Below are positions 27,151 through 37,207 of a stretch of DNA of 64,000 nt, one piece after another. The position numbers and the translations under genes are program-made. A model generated the notes under the pieces. That model had not been told where the DNA came from. It made no database searches and saw only the letters and a list, made by a program, of their open reading frames with translations. The stretch comes from an uncultured delta proteobacterium (lineage in GTDB: Bacteria; Desulfobacterota; Desulfuromonadia; Desulfuromonadales; BM103). The stretch covers positions 1-64,000 of the forward strand of contig CAVQRZ010000022.1 of assembly GCA_963715335.1 (NCBI GenBank), given 5' to 3'. Position 1 is the stretch's first letter. Each line of letters opens with the position of its first letter.

Positions 27151-28221
27151 TTGATGACACAAGTCGAATCAACCACCGTACGCCTCAAGGTTTCCCCAGA
27201 GGTTGCGCGGATAGTCAAACCGGGAGCCCCCCGTGATGCCCAACTGGCGGCAGCACGGGGGGCTCTCCCCCTTGCTGGCAAGGATTTTTTGACCGTCCTT
27301 TTTTTTCTCTGCAGCAGCTCAGATGCTGAGATCAGGAAAAGCGCGGTAAAAACCTTGCGCGAATTGCCGGCAACTATCCTGGCTGCGGTCCTCAAGGACG
27401 CAACCCTGCATCCGCAGTTGCTCGAATTGCTGGTCAGGGCCAGGATTGCTGATGTCGATCTAATGGGAGCAGTCCTCACCCACCCGGCCATTTCGATTAA
27501 GACCTTGCTCTACCTTGCCAGCAAGGCCGACCAGGACGTTTTGGAACGCCTGGCCGGGAATCAGAACAAGTTGCACAAACATCCTGAAATTGTAGAAGCC
27601 ATCATTGCTAATCCCAATGCGCAGAAAGGACTCAAGTTCAGCCTCGGTTGGCAAGAGCCCGGACCGGAGCCCGCTGCAGTGATTGCAGAGGACCGTGCCG
27701 TGCAGGATGACACTGCAGAAAGCGGTGATGAGGACGGCGACAATGAAGGCCGAAACCAGGCCGAGCTGGAAGCGCTGATGGAGGAAGCCGATCGGGAAGG
27801 CATGTCCAAGTACCAGATCGCTCTTGAACTCAAGGTTGCGGAAAAAATCAAGATGGGATTGACCGGTGACAAGGAATGGCGATCCCTGATGATCAAGCAG
27901 TCGAACAAACTGATCCAGGCAGCGGTTCTGAAAAACCCCAGGATCACAGATGGCGAAGTCCTCATGATTGCCAAGAACAAGACCTCCAGCGAAGATCTGA
28001 TCCGCATGATTCTGCTCAACAAGGACTGGATGAAGCTCTATGATATCAAAAAGGCCTTGATAACCCATCCCAAGACCCCTCCGCCGAAATCGATGCGCCT
28101 CGTGCCCATGCTGAACATGAAAGACATCAAGGAGCTGGCCAAAAGTCGCCAGGTCTCGACTCTGGTTTCGACTGCGGCACGCAAGGAGCTGGAACTGCGT
28201 CTCAAGAAAACGGGCGGTTGA
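27151..28221 (+). CDS. Conserved hypothetical alpha-helical protein
   Basis: 356-aa ORF with typical codon usage inside the operon; helical repeat-like pattern; KNPRIT..EV motif. Confidence 0.75.
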   Translation: MMTQVESTTVRLKVSPEVARIVKPGAPRDAQLAAARGALPLAGKDFLTVLFFLCSSSDAEIRKSAVKTLRELPATILAAVLKDATLHPQLLELLVRARIADVDLMGAVLTHPAISIKTLLYLASKADQDVLERLAGNQNKLHKHPEIVEAIIANPNAQKGLKFSLGWQEPGPEPAAVIAEDRAVQDDTAESGDEDGDNEGRNQAELEALMEEADREGMSKYQIALELKVAEKIKMGLTGDKEWRSLMIKQSNKLIQAAVLKNPRITDGEVLMIAKNKTSSEDLIRMILLNKDWMKLYDIKKALITHPKTPPPKSMRLVPMLNMKDIKELAKSRQVSTLVSTAARKELELRLKKTGG

Positions 28222-28715
28222 TGAAATTCTCCGGGCCGGGAATAGTTGCTGTGTGTGCGAGCAAGTCGAAAGGTGAACGAAAAGTCGATATCACCCACGG
28301 CGAGTTGCGCAAAGGGTTCGGCCTGGCAGGAGACGCGCACGGTGGTGACGGGCATCGCCAGGTCAGCCTCCTGGCCATGGAGAGTATCGACAAGATGCGT
28401 GTTGCAGGGCTCGACGTCGGCCCTGGCGACTTTGCCGAAAACCTGACGACCACAGGTGTCGAGCTGTATTCCCTGCCGATCGGTACGCGCGTGGCCGTTG
28501 GTGTTTCAGCGCTGTTGGAGATCACGCAGATCGGCAAGGAATGTCACGACCGTTGTGCCATTTACCATCAGGCCGGAGACTGTGTCATGCCGAGAGAAGG
28601 TGTCTTTGCTGTGGTCCTCGAGGACGGGCCAGTACACGTCGGTGATATTGTGAAAATATTGACTCCCAGCGAAACCCGGGGCCGTTGCGTTGTCGAGGGG
28701 TTATGTTCCAGATAG
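28218..28715 (+). CDS. MOSC domain-containing protein
   Basis: GDAH..RQVSLL, PGDFAENLTT, TQIGKECH..C, MPREG. Confidence 0.9.
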   Translation: MMKFSGPGIVAVCASKSKGERKVDITHGELRKGFGLAGDAHGGDGHRQVSLLAMESIDKMRVAGLDVGPGDFAENLTTTGVELYSLPIGTRVAVGVSALLEITQIGKECHDRCAIYHQAGDCVMPREGVFAVVLEDGPVHVGDIVKILTPSETRGRCVVEGLCSR

Positions 28716-29185
28716 GAGTCCTGACATTGTCCGACAAAGGTGTGCAAGGACAGCGGACCGACGAGAGCGGCCCGATTGTCAGGCAGATGCTCGCGGATCT
28801 TGGTCGGGTGGCGCAAATGGAGATGCTGCCCGATGAGATCGGCGCCATCGTCGAAAAGCTCAAGGACTGGACCGACAACGCTCAACTTGATTTGATCGTG
28901 ACGACCGGCGGTACCGGCCTGACTCCTCGTGATGTCACTCCCCAGGCAACCTTGCAGGTTGTCGATTATGAGGTTCCCGGTATGGCCGAACTGATGCGTT
29001 CGGAGAGCCTCAAGAAAACACCGCATGCGATTCTTTCGCGAGCGATCGTTGGCGTTCGTCGACAGACGCTGATTATTAATCTGCCCGGCAGTCCGCAGGC
29101 CGCCCGGGAAAATCTGCGCGTGCTGTTGCCATCTCTGCCGCATGCTCTGGCAAAATTGGCTGGTGACCCGACAGATTGTGCCTAG
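28703..29185 (+). CDS. mog: Molybdopterin adenylyltransferase (MogA/MoaB family)
   Basis: LTLSD, TTGGTGLTPRDVTP, AILSR, NLPGSP. Confidence 0.9.
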   Translation: MFQIGVLTLSDKGVQGQRTDESGPIVRQMLADLGRVAQMEMLPDEIGAIVEKLKDWTDNAQLDLIVTTGGTGLTPRDVTPQATLQVVDYEVPGMAELMRSESLKKTPHAILSRAIVGVRRQTLIINLPGSPQAARENLRVLLPSLPHALAKLAGDPTDCA

Positions 29186-29224
29186 TGTGAGGTGAGGGGG
29201 GGAGAGGCGTTTTCAGCCCCGGTT

Positions 29225-29998
29225 TCAATGGGCCAGTTGGCCAGCGAGCCAGGCAATCAGGACACCACCACAGAGAGCAAACGATGCAGAGACCCCACGG
29301 CTGCGATGGGACTCGGGAATCAGGTCGGAAGCGGCGATATAGACGAAGGAGCCCCCCGCACCGGCCAGCAGGATCCCAAGCAGTTGCTCCGGCAGGTTGT
29401 TGACCAGGGCAAATGTCAGGATTGCTGCCCCCGGAGTGGCCAGGGCAACGAAGGCCGTCAATTGTACGGCCTTGCGGCGCTGCCAGCCGTAATGTAGCAG
29501 GATGGCGATCATCGCAATACCCTCCGGAACCTCGTGGGCGATAACGCCCAACGCCGACAGTAGTCCCAGGTCGTGGCCTACTTCAAAGCTGGTGCCAATA
29601 ATCACACCGTCAATCAACGAATGCAGTCCCATGCCGATGAAGGCGACCAGTCCCATCGGATGTGGTCGGGTACAACAATCGTCATGGCAATCATTGATAT
29701 CCAGGTTTATGTGGTGTTGTTCCTCATGACCGGCGTGGATCAACAGGTGATGCTCAAGAAAATAGAAGACAATGAAAGCAAGGACAATGAACAGCGGGGC
29801 ATTGGCGGTCATCTCCAGGGATTCCGGGAGGATATGGAGAATGCCGACACCGAGCAGGACCCCTGCGGAGAGTGAGACCAGAACCGCAGAGTAGCGGCGG
29901 CTCCATTGTTCGCGGGCCAGCACCAGCATCATCCCGGCAAAGGTTGCGATTCCTGCAAAACTGCCGGCGCAGAGTACGGACCACCATTCTTCAGACAT
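29225..29998 (-). CDS. ZIP-family divalent metal transporter
   Basis: HILPES, His/Cys-rich loop HAGHEEQHH..CHDDCC, LHSLIDG, AHEVPEG, DLIPE; start placed at MSEEWW. Confidence 0.92.
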   Translation of the reverse strand: MSEEWWSVLCAGSFAGIATFAGMMLVLAREQWSRRYSAVLVSLSAGVLLGVGILHILPESLEMTANAPLFIVLAFIVFYFLEHHLLIHAGHEEQHHINLDINDCHDDCCTRPHPMGLVAFIGMGLHSLIDGVIIGTSFEVGHDLGLLSALGVIAHEVPEGIAMIAILLHYGWQRRKAVQLTAFVALATPGAAILTFALVNNLPEQLLGILLAGAGGSFVYIAASDLIPESHRSRGVSASFALCGGVLIAWLAGQLAH

Positions 29999-30127
29999 AT
30001 GCAAGACACTCCATGAGATAGGTTGAAGCAGTATAGAATCGAAGCCATTTAAGGGCAAGGGTCATGAATGCCCTGCGGTTCCAATTTCTGTTCGGCCCAA
30101 ACATTTGTCCGGGGTTTTGCCCCGGAA

Positions 30128-30143
30128 TTTGACCTGCGTCAAA
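30128..30143. promoter_or_regulatory. CRP/FNR-family-like palindrome TTTGAC-N4-GTCAAA
   Basis: Perfect inverted repeat between the divergent ZIP and octaheme genes; resembles the FNR box TTGAT-N4-ATCAA. Confidence 0.55.
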
Positions 30144-30292
30144 CTTTTATCCCGCTCCTTTCCATAGACTTGAGAAAGTCTTCATCTGAGATATCTTTTA
30201 ACCCACTTTCGGCAGTTTTTTCCGAATTTGCCGATGGGTTTCAACATCACCGGTCATCAAATGACCAAACATGCTGAAAGGGAGGTAGGAAC

Positions 30293-31636
30293 ATGAGGAA
30301 GCAGCTGGTTTTGCGAGGGTTCATGACAGCATTCATGGTTCTGTTGATGGCAGGTGCGAGTCTGGCAATGACGGATCGGCTGTCAGCTGAGACCCAGGAA
30401 TGTCTGGGCTGTCATGCTGAAATGCCGGGTATTGTCAGCCAGTGGGAGGACAGTGCGCATTGGAACGCCGGTATCGGCTGTTACGAGTGCCACAAGGCCG
30501 ATCAAGGTGATGTAGACGCCATGGATCACAATGGCTTCTCGATCGCAGTCATTGTCTCTCCGCGCGACTGTGGACAGTGTCACCCCAAAGAAACTGCGGA
30601 GCAGGAAGCCAGCCACCACGCCAAGGCTGGTGATATCCTGAATACTCAGGATGGTGTGCTGGGCCAGACGATCGGTGGGGAGCCCGCAGTGGCGGTTGGC
30701 TGCCGTCAGTGCCACGGCTCTATTGTCAAGGTTAAAGCAGACGGCTCTCTCGACACCAATACCTGGCCGAACACGGGTATCGGTCGCGTGAATCCGGATG
30801 GTTCCAAAGGGACCTGCTCGGCATGCCACACACGTCACCGTTTCAGCAAGGAGCAGGCCCGCAAGCCGGAGACCTGCGGCAAGTGCCATCTCGGTCCTGA
30901 CCACCCGCAAAAAGAGGTTTACGAGGAATCCAAACATGGCATTCTTTATCGGGCGTTTGAAGATGACCTGAACATGGACAAGCCGAAGTGGGTTGCCGGG
31001 CAGGACTACTACGATGCGCCAACCTGCGCCACCTGTCACATGAGTGCGACAATGAACCAGCCGGTTACGCATGATGTCGGCACCCGTCTGGCCTGGAATC
31101 TGCGCGCACCGGTGTCCAAGCGCACAGAAGGCTGGGAGAAGAAACTGCAGGACATGCAGGATGTTTGTTCGGCATGTCACGGGGCTCCGTTCGTCGAAGG
31201 GTTCTACAAGCAGCTTGATAGCTTTGTCGGTCTCTACAACAATAAATTCGCCATCCCGGCCAAGGAAATTCGCGATTATCTGCTGGAAAAGGAAGTCATT
31301 CCCAAAGGCAACTTCAATGATGAGATCGATTGGATCTACTGGGAGCTCTGGCACCATGAAGGTCGCCGCGCACGTCACGGTGCAGCGATGAGCGGCCCTG
31401 ACTACGCCTGGTGGCACGGTATCTACGACGTCGCCAAGAACTTCTACACCGAGCTGCTCCCGGCAGCCAAAGAGGCCTGCGAGAAGGCGGGCAAGCCTGA
31501 AGTGTACGAAGAGATTATAGCCAAGTATATCGAGGGTCGTAAAGAGCATGAATGGTATATCAAAGGCTTCGACCCAAAGCGTGTCGAAGAGATGAAGGCC
31601 TACTACCAGGAACGCTATCAGCAGGAAGTGAAGTAG
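30293..31636 (+). CDS. Octaheme cytochrome c, hydroxylamine oxidoreductase (HAO) family
   Basis: Signal peptide; 8 CxxCH; GSKGTCSACHTRHRFS, CGKCHLGPDHPQKEVYEESKHG, APTCATCH, HHEGRRARHG. Confidence 0.93.
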   Translation: MRKQLVLRGFMTAFMVLLMAGASLAMTDRLSAETQECLGCHAEMPGIVSQWEDSAHWNAGIGCYECHKADQGDVDAMDHNGFSIAVIVSPRDCGQCHPKETAEQEASHHAKAGDILNTQDGVLGQTIGGEPAVAVGCRQCHGSIVKVKADGSLDTNTWPNTGIGRVNPDGSKGTCSACHTRHRFSKEQARKPETCGKCHLGPDHPQKEVYEESKHGILYRAFEDDLNMDKPKWVAGQDYYDAPTCATCHMSATMNQPVTHDVGTRLAWNLRAPVSKRTEGWEKKLQDMQDVCSACHGAPFVEGFYKQLDSFVGLYNNKFAIPAKEIRDYLLEKEVIPKGNFNDEIDWIYWELWHHEGRRARHGAAMSGPDYAWWHGIYDVAKNFYTELLPAAKEACEKAGKPEVYEEIIAKYIEGRKEHEWYIKGFDPKRVEEMKAYYQERYQQEVK

Positions 31637-31653
31637 ACAGTTCCCTGGATCAG

Positions 31654-31691
31654 AAAAGAACCGGCCGGGGTTTCCCCCGGCCGGTTCTTTT
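31654..31691 (+). terminator. Rho-independent terminator after the octaheme gene
   Basis: AAAAGAACCGGCCGGGG / CCCCGGCCGGTTCTTTT inverted repeat. Confidence 0.85.
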
Positions 31692-32136
31692 GTCAGAGAT
31701 TTATGAGAACTGTACACAGTCCACAGATGCCTGTGGATAGATTTGTGGAAATGCTGGACAGGGACGGCTAAACGTCCCAAGGGCTATGGAGTTTTAGCCT
31801 TTTGCACACAAAACAATCATTACTTTTATGGTTTGTATATACATTTAAGATTCATGATAGAGACATGTTTAAAATTGGTCATTTGATCACAAATATGTAA
31901 GAAGCCCAGCTGTTTTTAATTGATAAGTGGCCGTCATTGTGTTAATAGAAATCTTATATATATCAGTAGCTTTATTGATCTCTATAAGCCTTTTGGCACA
32001 GTCTCAGGGCAATCACGGACGGACCAGCTCTTAGATCGTATTCTGCCCGACATATCAAAGGGTTTTGCCATATAGTTCGTGTAAGATTTACGTTTTTATA
32101 GCTCCAGATAATTGCCTGCTTCCAGGAGAGCGACCC

Positions 32137-33327
32137 ATGCGCATTACTCCCGCAACCGAGTTGATCAACCGCATCAAAAAACTGCAAAAAGAAATGGCTA
32201 TCCACAACCTTGAAGCCGTCCTGATGCTGCAGAATGCGGATCTTTTTTACTTCACCGGCTCAATCCAGCAAGGGGTGTTATTCGTCCCGCTTGAAGGCGA
32301 ACCACTCTATCTCGTGCGCAAAGATTATGGCCGTGCCCGCATGGAATCAGGGCTGAAGGAGGTCATCGCGTTTTCCAGTCCCCGGGATATCCCGGGGGTT
32401 TTAACTGATTTCAACTACCCCATGCCGAGCAACCTCGGTATGGAACTCGATGTCATCCCGGTCCTCGTCATGAACCGATTCAGAAAAGCGATGGGAAATG
32501 CCGAGGTTACTGATGCAACGCCGCTGATTCGATCGGTGCGCGCAGTGAAATCCGATTACGAGATTAATATTCTCAAGGATGCAGCCCTGATTGTCGACAA
32601 GGTCTGCAAGCGTGCCCGGGAAGTGATCCGTGAAGGCATGACCGACCTGGAGCTCGCGGCAGAACTTGAATTTACCGCCCGCAAGGCTGGTCACCAGGGG
32701 TTTGTCCGTATGCGGGGATTCAATAATGAACTCTTTTACGCACATGTTTTTTCCGGTAATGACAGTGCGGTGCCAACCTATTCGGATACGCCTCTTGGCG
32801 GTGTCGGCCTAAACCCCTCTTTTCCCCAGGGGGCCAGTTACAAGAAGATTCGTCGCCACGAACCGATCACGGTCGATTTCTCCGGGATTTTTGATGGCTA
32901 TATCGTTGACCAAACCCGGATGTTCAGTATCGGTGAATTGCCGGACCAGTTATCAAATGCATATCATGACATGCTGGCGATCCAGGAACATGCCAAGCAG
33001 GCTGCCAAGCCCGGTGTGAGTTGGGGTGGCCTCTATGATGAATGTCTGCAGATGGCCTGCGATCTGGGTTACCAGGACCATTTCATGGGCGCCAAGGGCG
33101 CCCAGGTCTCGTTTATTGGACATGGAACCGGGATCGAACTCGACGAATACCCTTTCATTGCAAGAGGCTTCAATAATTACCAACTGGAGCAGAACATGGT
33201 CTTTGCCTTTGAACCAAAAGCCGTTTACCCAGGACTTGGTGCAATCGGTGTGGAAAACACTTTCTGGGTGGGCAAGGATGGACTGAAACACCTGACCTTC
33301 GCGGACCAGGGGCTCGCAGTCTTGTGA
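32137..33327 (+). CDS. M24-family Xaa-Pro peptidase (creatinase N-domain)
   Basis: DLFYFTG, DF..GYIVDQTR, FIGHGTGIELDE, FAFEPK, GVENT; AGGAG RBS before MRITP. Confidence 0.9.
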   Translation: MRITPATELINRIKKLQKEMAIHNLEAVLMLQNADLFYFTGSIQQGVLFVPLEGEPLYLVRKDYGRARMESGLKEVIAFSSPRDIPGVLTDFNYPMPSNLGMELDVIPVLVMNRFRKAMGNAEVTDATPLIRSVRAVKSDYEINILKDAALIVDKVCKRAREVIREGMTDLELAAELEFTARKAGHQGFVRMRGFNNELFYAHVFSGNDSAVPTYSDTPLGGVGLNPSFPQGASYKKIRRHEPITVDFSGIFDGYIVDQTRMFSIGELPDQLSNAYHDMLAIQEHAKQAAKPGVSWGGLYDECLQMACDLGYQDHFMGAKGAQVSFIGHGTGIELDEYPFIARGFNNYQLEQNMVFAFEPKAVYPGLGAIGVENTFWVGKDGLKHLTFADQGLAVL

Positions 33328-33621
33328 CCCATGCGCTTGTATCGCGACGTCCGGTCAAAGGCTTTGGTCGATTGATAGCCGAAACGTTTCGCCCCACTCC
33401 ATAACAATTATGCCGGGTTTGCAGAATAATCTCCTTTGGACTGTGTAATATTATACAAATAGCCTCACGCTTTAAAGCCCATCACTGCAGGTTCCTTATT
33501 ATCTTCCTTAATAACAGATAGTTAGATGCGACTGACGACATTGGCATGAATGTTGATTTATGTACTCAAGTTCAAGGCTGTTTTGTGTCCGAAATCGATT
33601 AATCAACCAGAGGTGAGACCA

Positions 33622-34482
33622 GTGAATAAAAGTTTAAGGCTTTATGTAACTCTTGGCATCGTTGCTTCGGCGCTTGCTGCTGGCGCCTGGCTGTTTGTCC
33701 CGTCAGGTGGTGCCGCGGCCAATGCCGCGCTTGCCGAATACCAGATCGAAAAAATGACCTGCGGATCCTGTGTCGGTAATATCGAGAAAGCACTGTCGAG
33801 TCTCGATGGTGTCGATTCAGTTGAAGTCAATCTGACCAGCAATCGTGGCCGTGTGACTTACGACCCCGCCGAGATAGACAGCAGTGCTATCGCGGCAGCT
33901 ATCACAAATGCCGGGTATCCTGCAAGCCTGCGGCTGCAGCTTGATCCACAGGAATATGCTGCACTACAGCAGGAACAGGCTCAACTTGGCCAAAAGTATC
34001 TGGCACGCATCGGTGACCGACTCCTTGCCCGCAATGATTTTGAACAGATGGTACAGCAACGCGCCGCTGATACTGCCTCGCCCGAACAGCAAAACCAGCT
34101 CTGGCAAGCTGTATGGAAAGAGGTCCTGCAACGTGAATTGCTGCTTTCTGCGGCTGAAAAGAACCGGATCATAATCCAGGATGGTGAGGTCGATGCCAAG
34201 CTGGACGAATTGCGCCAGAAGCACCAGGGACTGGAGCAGCTGGTTGTCAAACGCTACGGCAGCATGGACACCTACCGCACGCGCCTGCGCGAAGACATGG
34301 TCATCAGTCGCAATATCGAAGATCACGTTTATGCCGGAGTTGACGACCCTCGTGAGCAGCAGGGTAAGTTGCAGGCGTGGTACGCCGACCTGCAGGAAAC
34401 GACAGAAGTGATCATCTTTGATCCGCAACTCAAATCAGTCGGTCAGAATGGCGGCGGCGGGTGTGCCTGCTGCAGCAGCTGA
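33622..34482 (+). CDS. Membrane-anchored heavy-metal-associated (HMA) domain + SurA N-terminal-like domain protein
   Basis: TM/signal segment, MTCGSC, SurA-N-like helical region (LQRELLLSAA...I...GEVD), C-terminal GGGGCACCSS; GTG start after GAGG. Confidence 0.82.
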   Translation: MNKSLRLYVTLGIVASALAAGAWLFVPSGGAAANAALAEYQIEKMTCGSCVGNIEKALSSLDGVDSVEVNLTSNRGRVTYDPAEIDSSAIAAAITNAGYPASLRLQLDPQEYAALQQEQAQLGQKYLARIGDRLLARNDFEQMVQQRAADTASPEQQNQLWQAVWKEVLQRELLLSAAEKNRIIIQDGEVDAKLDELRQKHQGLEQLVVKRYGSMDTYRTRLREDMVISRNIEDHVYAGVDDPREQQGKLQAWYADLQETTEVIIFDPQLKSVGQNGGGGCACCSS

Positions 34483-34523
34483 ACTGTTTGAGACTGAAAG
34501 CCAAAAAATAGAGGAGGAACAGA

Positions 34524-35045
34524 ATGTCCGAACGTGAAACCAAACGTGAGCAATTCAACCAGAAGCCTGCTTCAGGGAAGAAGTTTCTGGCCCCCGTTAT
34601 CATCGCGATAGTCGCCTTGGCCGCTGTTGGGGGCTGGGTTCTTTTTGGCCAGAGTCCAGTTGGTGGGCCTGAGCTGGTCTCTGCGGGCCAGGACGGCAAA
34701 ATCCGTTTTAACGCGCCAGATTTCAATGATGGCAAAGCCCGTTTCTATCGTTTTAAAGGGCAGACCGGTGCGGTCGACTTTTTCGTCGTGCGCAGTCACG
34801 ATGGGGTCCTCCGCAGTGCCTTTGATACCTGTGACGTCTGTTACAAAGCGCGTAAAGGGTATCGCCAGGAAGGCGATGACATGGTCTGCAACAACTGTGA
34901 TCAGCGTTTCCGCACCGATATGGTCAATGTAGTCAAGGGCGGATGCAATCCTGCCCCGCTGCAGCGGCAGCTGATCGGTGAGACCCTTGTCCTTTCTGTC
35001 AATGACATTGAAAAGGGCGCCTGGTATTTCAGCTCTGTGAACTAA
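34524..35045 (+). CDS. DUF2318-type membrane-anchored Cys-rich (Fe-S-like) protein
   Basis: AFDTCDVC...GYRQEGD.MVCNNC...GGCNP pattern. Confidence 0.85.
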   Translation: MSERETKREQFNQKPASGKKFLAPVIIAIVALAAVGGWVLFGQSPVGGPELVSAGQDGKIRFNAPDFNDGKARFYRFKGQTGAVDFFVVRSHDGVLRSAFDTCDVCYKARKGYRQEGDDMVCNNCDQRFRTDMVNVVKGGCNPAPLQRQLIGETLVLSVNDIEKGAWYFSSVN

Positions 35046-35056
35046 AGGTATTTATC

Positions 35057-36214
35057 GTGCGACTTGAGCATATCGTTTTGCATAATCTCCGGCGCCGCAA
35101 GGGGCGGGCGATTTTCCTTGTCATCGGCCTGCTGATCGGCGTTGCAACCGTCGTCACCTTGTTGTCACTGACCGATGCCCTTGGCCAGCGTGCCCAGCAT
35201 GAGCTGGAAAACTTCGGCGCCAATATCATTATCACCCCGCGCAGTGACGAACTCTCCTTGAACTACGGCGGCGTCCAGCTCAGCGGCGTAAACCTCGTTG
35301 CCAAAGAGATTGAGCAGGCGAGCCTGGTCAAAATTGACGATATACCGAACCGGCGCAACGTGGCGACCATCGGGCCCAAAGTGCTCGGCGCGGTCGAGGT
35401 CGAAGGCCAGCGGGTTATGATGATGGGTATTGACCCGGCCGCCGAGCTGAAACTGAAGCGCTGGTGGTCAATTGCCGGTCGCCCGGTTGAAAAAGGCAAT
35501 GAACTTCTGATCGGTGATTTAATTGCCAAACGGTTCAACCTGAATATGGGAGACATCTTGCAGGTCAACGGGCATGACTACACGGTGGTCGGCCTGCTGG
35601 CCAGGACCGGTTCCCAGGATGATCAGCTTCTGATCGCACCCCTCCCGGTTGCCCAGGCCGAACTCGGCAAACCGGGGCAGGTGAGCATGATCGAAATCGC
35701 CGCCCTCTGCCATGACTGTCCGGTGGAAGACATGGTCAACCAACTGCAGCAAGCCCTGCCTGACACCGATGTCCAGGCAGTGCAGGAGGTGGTCAAGACC
35801 CGCATGCACGCACTCGACCAGTTCCGGCTGTTTGCCTGGGGAGTTGCCGTCACGGTAATAGTCATCGGTGCCCTGCTGGTGTTTGTCACCATGATGGGTG
35901 CCATCAGTGAGAGGACACGCGAAATCGGGATTTTTCGGGCAATCGGCTACCGCCGCCGGCATGTCCTGCACATGGTCCTGATGGAAGCGGCAATCGTCAG
36001 CACACTGGCCGGTGTGCTCGGCTACCTGGTCGGTGTGGGGGCAACCCTGTCGGCATTGCCTCTGCTCGAAGGCGGCAAGGCCAGCTGGCACTGGAACCCC
36101 ACGCTGGCCATTACTGCTGTCCTTGCTGCCGTCCTTGTCGGCCTGCTGGCATCTTTGCAACCAGCCTTGCGTGCCAGCCGTCTCGAGCCGAGCGAAGCGC
36201 TCAGGGCGCTCTAA
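35057..36214 (+). CDS. MacB/FtsX-type ABC transporter permease
   Basis: One TM, periplasmic domain, three TMs; ERTREIGIFRAIG; ASRLEPSEALR; periplasmic ALCHDCP. Confidence 0.92.
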   Translation: MRLEHIVLHNLRRRKGRAIFLVIGLLIGVATVVTLLSLTDALGQRAQHELENFGANIIITPRSDELSLNYGGVQLSGVNLVAKEIEQASLVKIDDIPNRRNVATIGPKVLGAVEVEGQRVMMMGIDPAAELKLKRWWSIAGRPVEKGNELLIGDLIAKRFNLNMGDILQVNGHDYTVVGLLARTGSQDDQLLIAPLPVAQAELGKPGQVSMIEIAALCHDCPVEDMVNQLQQALPDTDVQAVQEVVKTRMHALDQFRLFAWGVAVTVIVIGALLVFVTMMGAISERTREIGIFRAIGYRRRHVLHMVLMEAAIVSTLAGVLGYLVGVGATLSALPLLEGGKASWHWNPTLAITAVLAAVLVGLLASLQPALRASRLEPSEALRAL

Positions 36215-36229
36215 CCGGGATAATAGAAT

Positions 36230-36937
36230 ATGAGCCTGATTACATTTGATAAAGTGAACAAAAATTATCTCAATGGCGCCGACTGTGTGATTGCTTTGAA
36301 CGGGTTGTGCCTGACTGTCGAAGAAGGGACTTTTCTCGGCGTGATGGGACCGTCCGGAAGTGGCAAAAGCACGCTGCTCAGTGTGCTCGGCGGGCTGGCC
36401 AGCCCATCGTCCGGTTCAGTCAGTGTCGATGGTATCGATGTCTACGGGTTGTCGGTCGAAAAACAGGCCGATTTCCGTCGTGAATACCTCGGCTTTATCT
36501 TTCAGTCCCACAACCTGATCCCATACTTGAATGCCCTGGAAAATGTCATGTTACCGCTGGTTGTGACCAGATTGTCCGCTGACGAAAAACGTCGACGTGC
36601 CAATGATATGCTGGCGCGGGTCGGCCTTCCGGACCGCATGCAGCACCTGCCCCAGCAACTTTCCGGAGGAGAGCAGGAGCGCGTTGCAATAGCCCGGGCC
36701 CTGGTCAACAATCCGCCCTTGCTGCTCGCGGACGAGCCGACCGGAAGTCTTGATACGGCGACCAGTCTCCAGGTAATGAGTCTGTTGAAGGAACTGCATG
36801 AGGACGGCCAGACGATCATAATGGTTACCCACAACCGCGAGAATCTGCAGTGGTTTGATCGCACCGTATATTTACGTGACGGCCGGGTCGAGAAGGATCT
36901 TTGCAATGCCCGCGACGAACTGCCGCAGGCGATATGA
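36230..36937 (+). CDS. ABC transporter ATP-binding protein (LolD/MacB type)
   Basis: GPSGSGKST, LSGGEQERVAIARAL, ADEPTGSLD. Confidence 0.94.
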   Translation: MSLITFDKVNKNYLNGADCVIALNGLCLTVEEGTFLGVMGPSGSGKSTLLSVLGGLASPSSGSVSVDGIDVYGLSVEKQADFRREYLGFIFQSHNLIPYLNALENVMLPLVVTRLSADEKRRRANDMLARVGLPDRMQHLPQQLSGGEQERVAIARALVNNPPLLLADEPTGSLDTATSLQVMSLLKELHEDGQTIIMVTHNRENLQWFDRTVYLRDGRVEKDLCNARDELPQAI

Positions 36938-36943
36938 GGTTGT

Positions 36944-37204
36944 ATGTTCCTGATTTTTATTATCAGTCTGTCGGTAATTTTTTACTACATCTGCCTGGAG
37001 GCAGACAAGCCGACTCCACCCGAGGTGCCGTTGACCGGTGAGTGCCCGGGGTGTGCCGAAAAGGTCGTTTCAGGCTGGTTGGTTTGCCCGCAATGTAAAA
37101 CCGTACTGAGAGAGACCTGTCCGGGCTGTGGTAAAGTGCATGACTCCTGGGTTCGGTACTGCCCCTGGTGTCGTCATCAGAATCAAGCTTCAGCGCGTAG
37201 GTAA
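36944..37204 (+). CDS. Membrane-anchored double zinc-ribbon protein
   Basis: N-terminal TM; CPGC, CPQC, CPGC, CPWC; GAGG RBS. Confidence 0.82.
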   Translation: MFLIFIISLSVIFYYICLEADKPTPPEVPLTGECPGCAEKVVSGWLVCPQCKTVLRETCPGCGKVHDSWVRYCPWCRHQNQASARR

Positions 37205-37207
37205 TCA

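Noticed and set aside
30383..31780. 465-aa minus-strand ORF
   Set aside because: Antisense shadow of the octaheme gene; no motifs or RBS
33542..33557. Sigma54-like site before the HMA operon (TGGCATGAATGTTGA)
   Set aside because: GA instead of the conserved GC at -12; too weak to call
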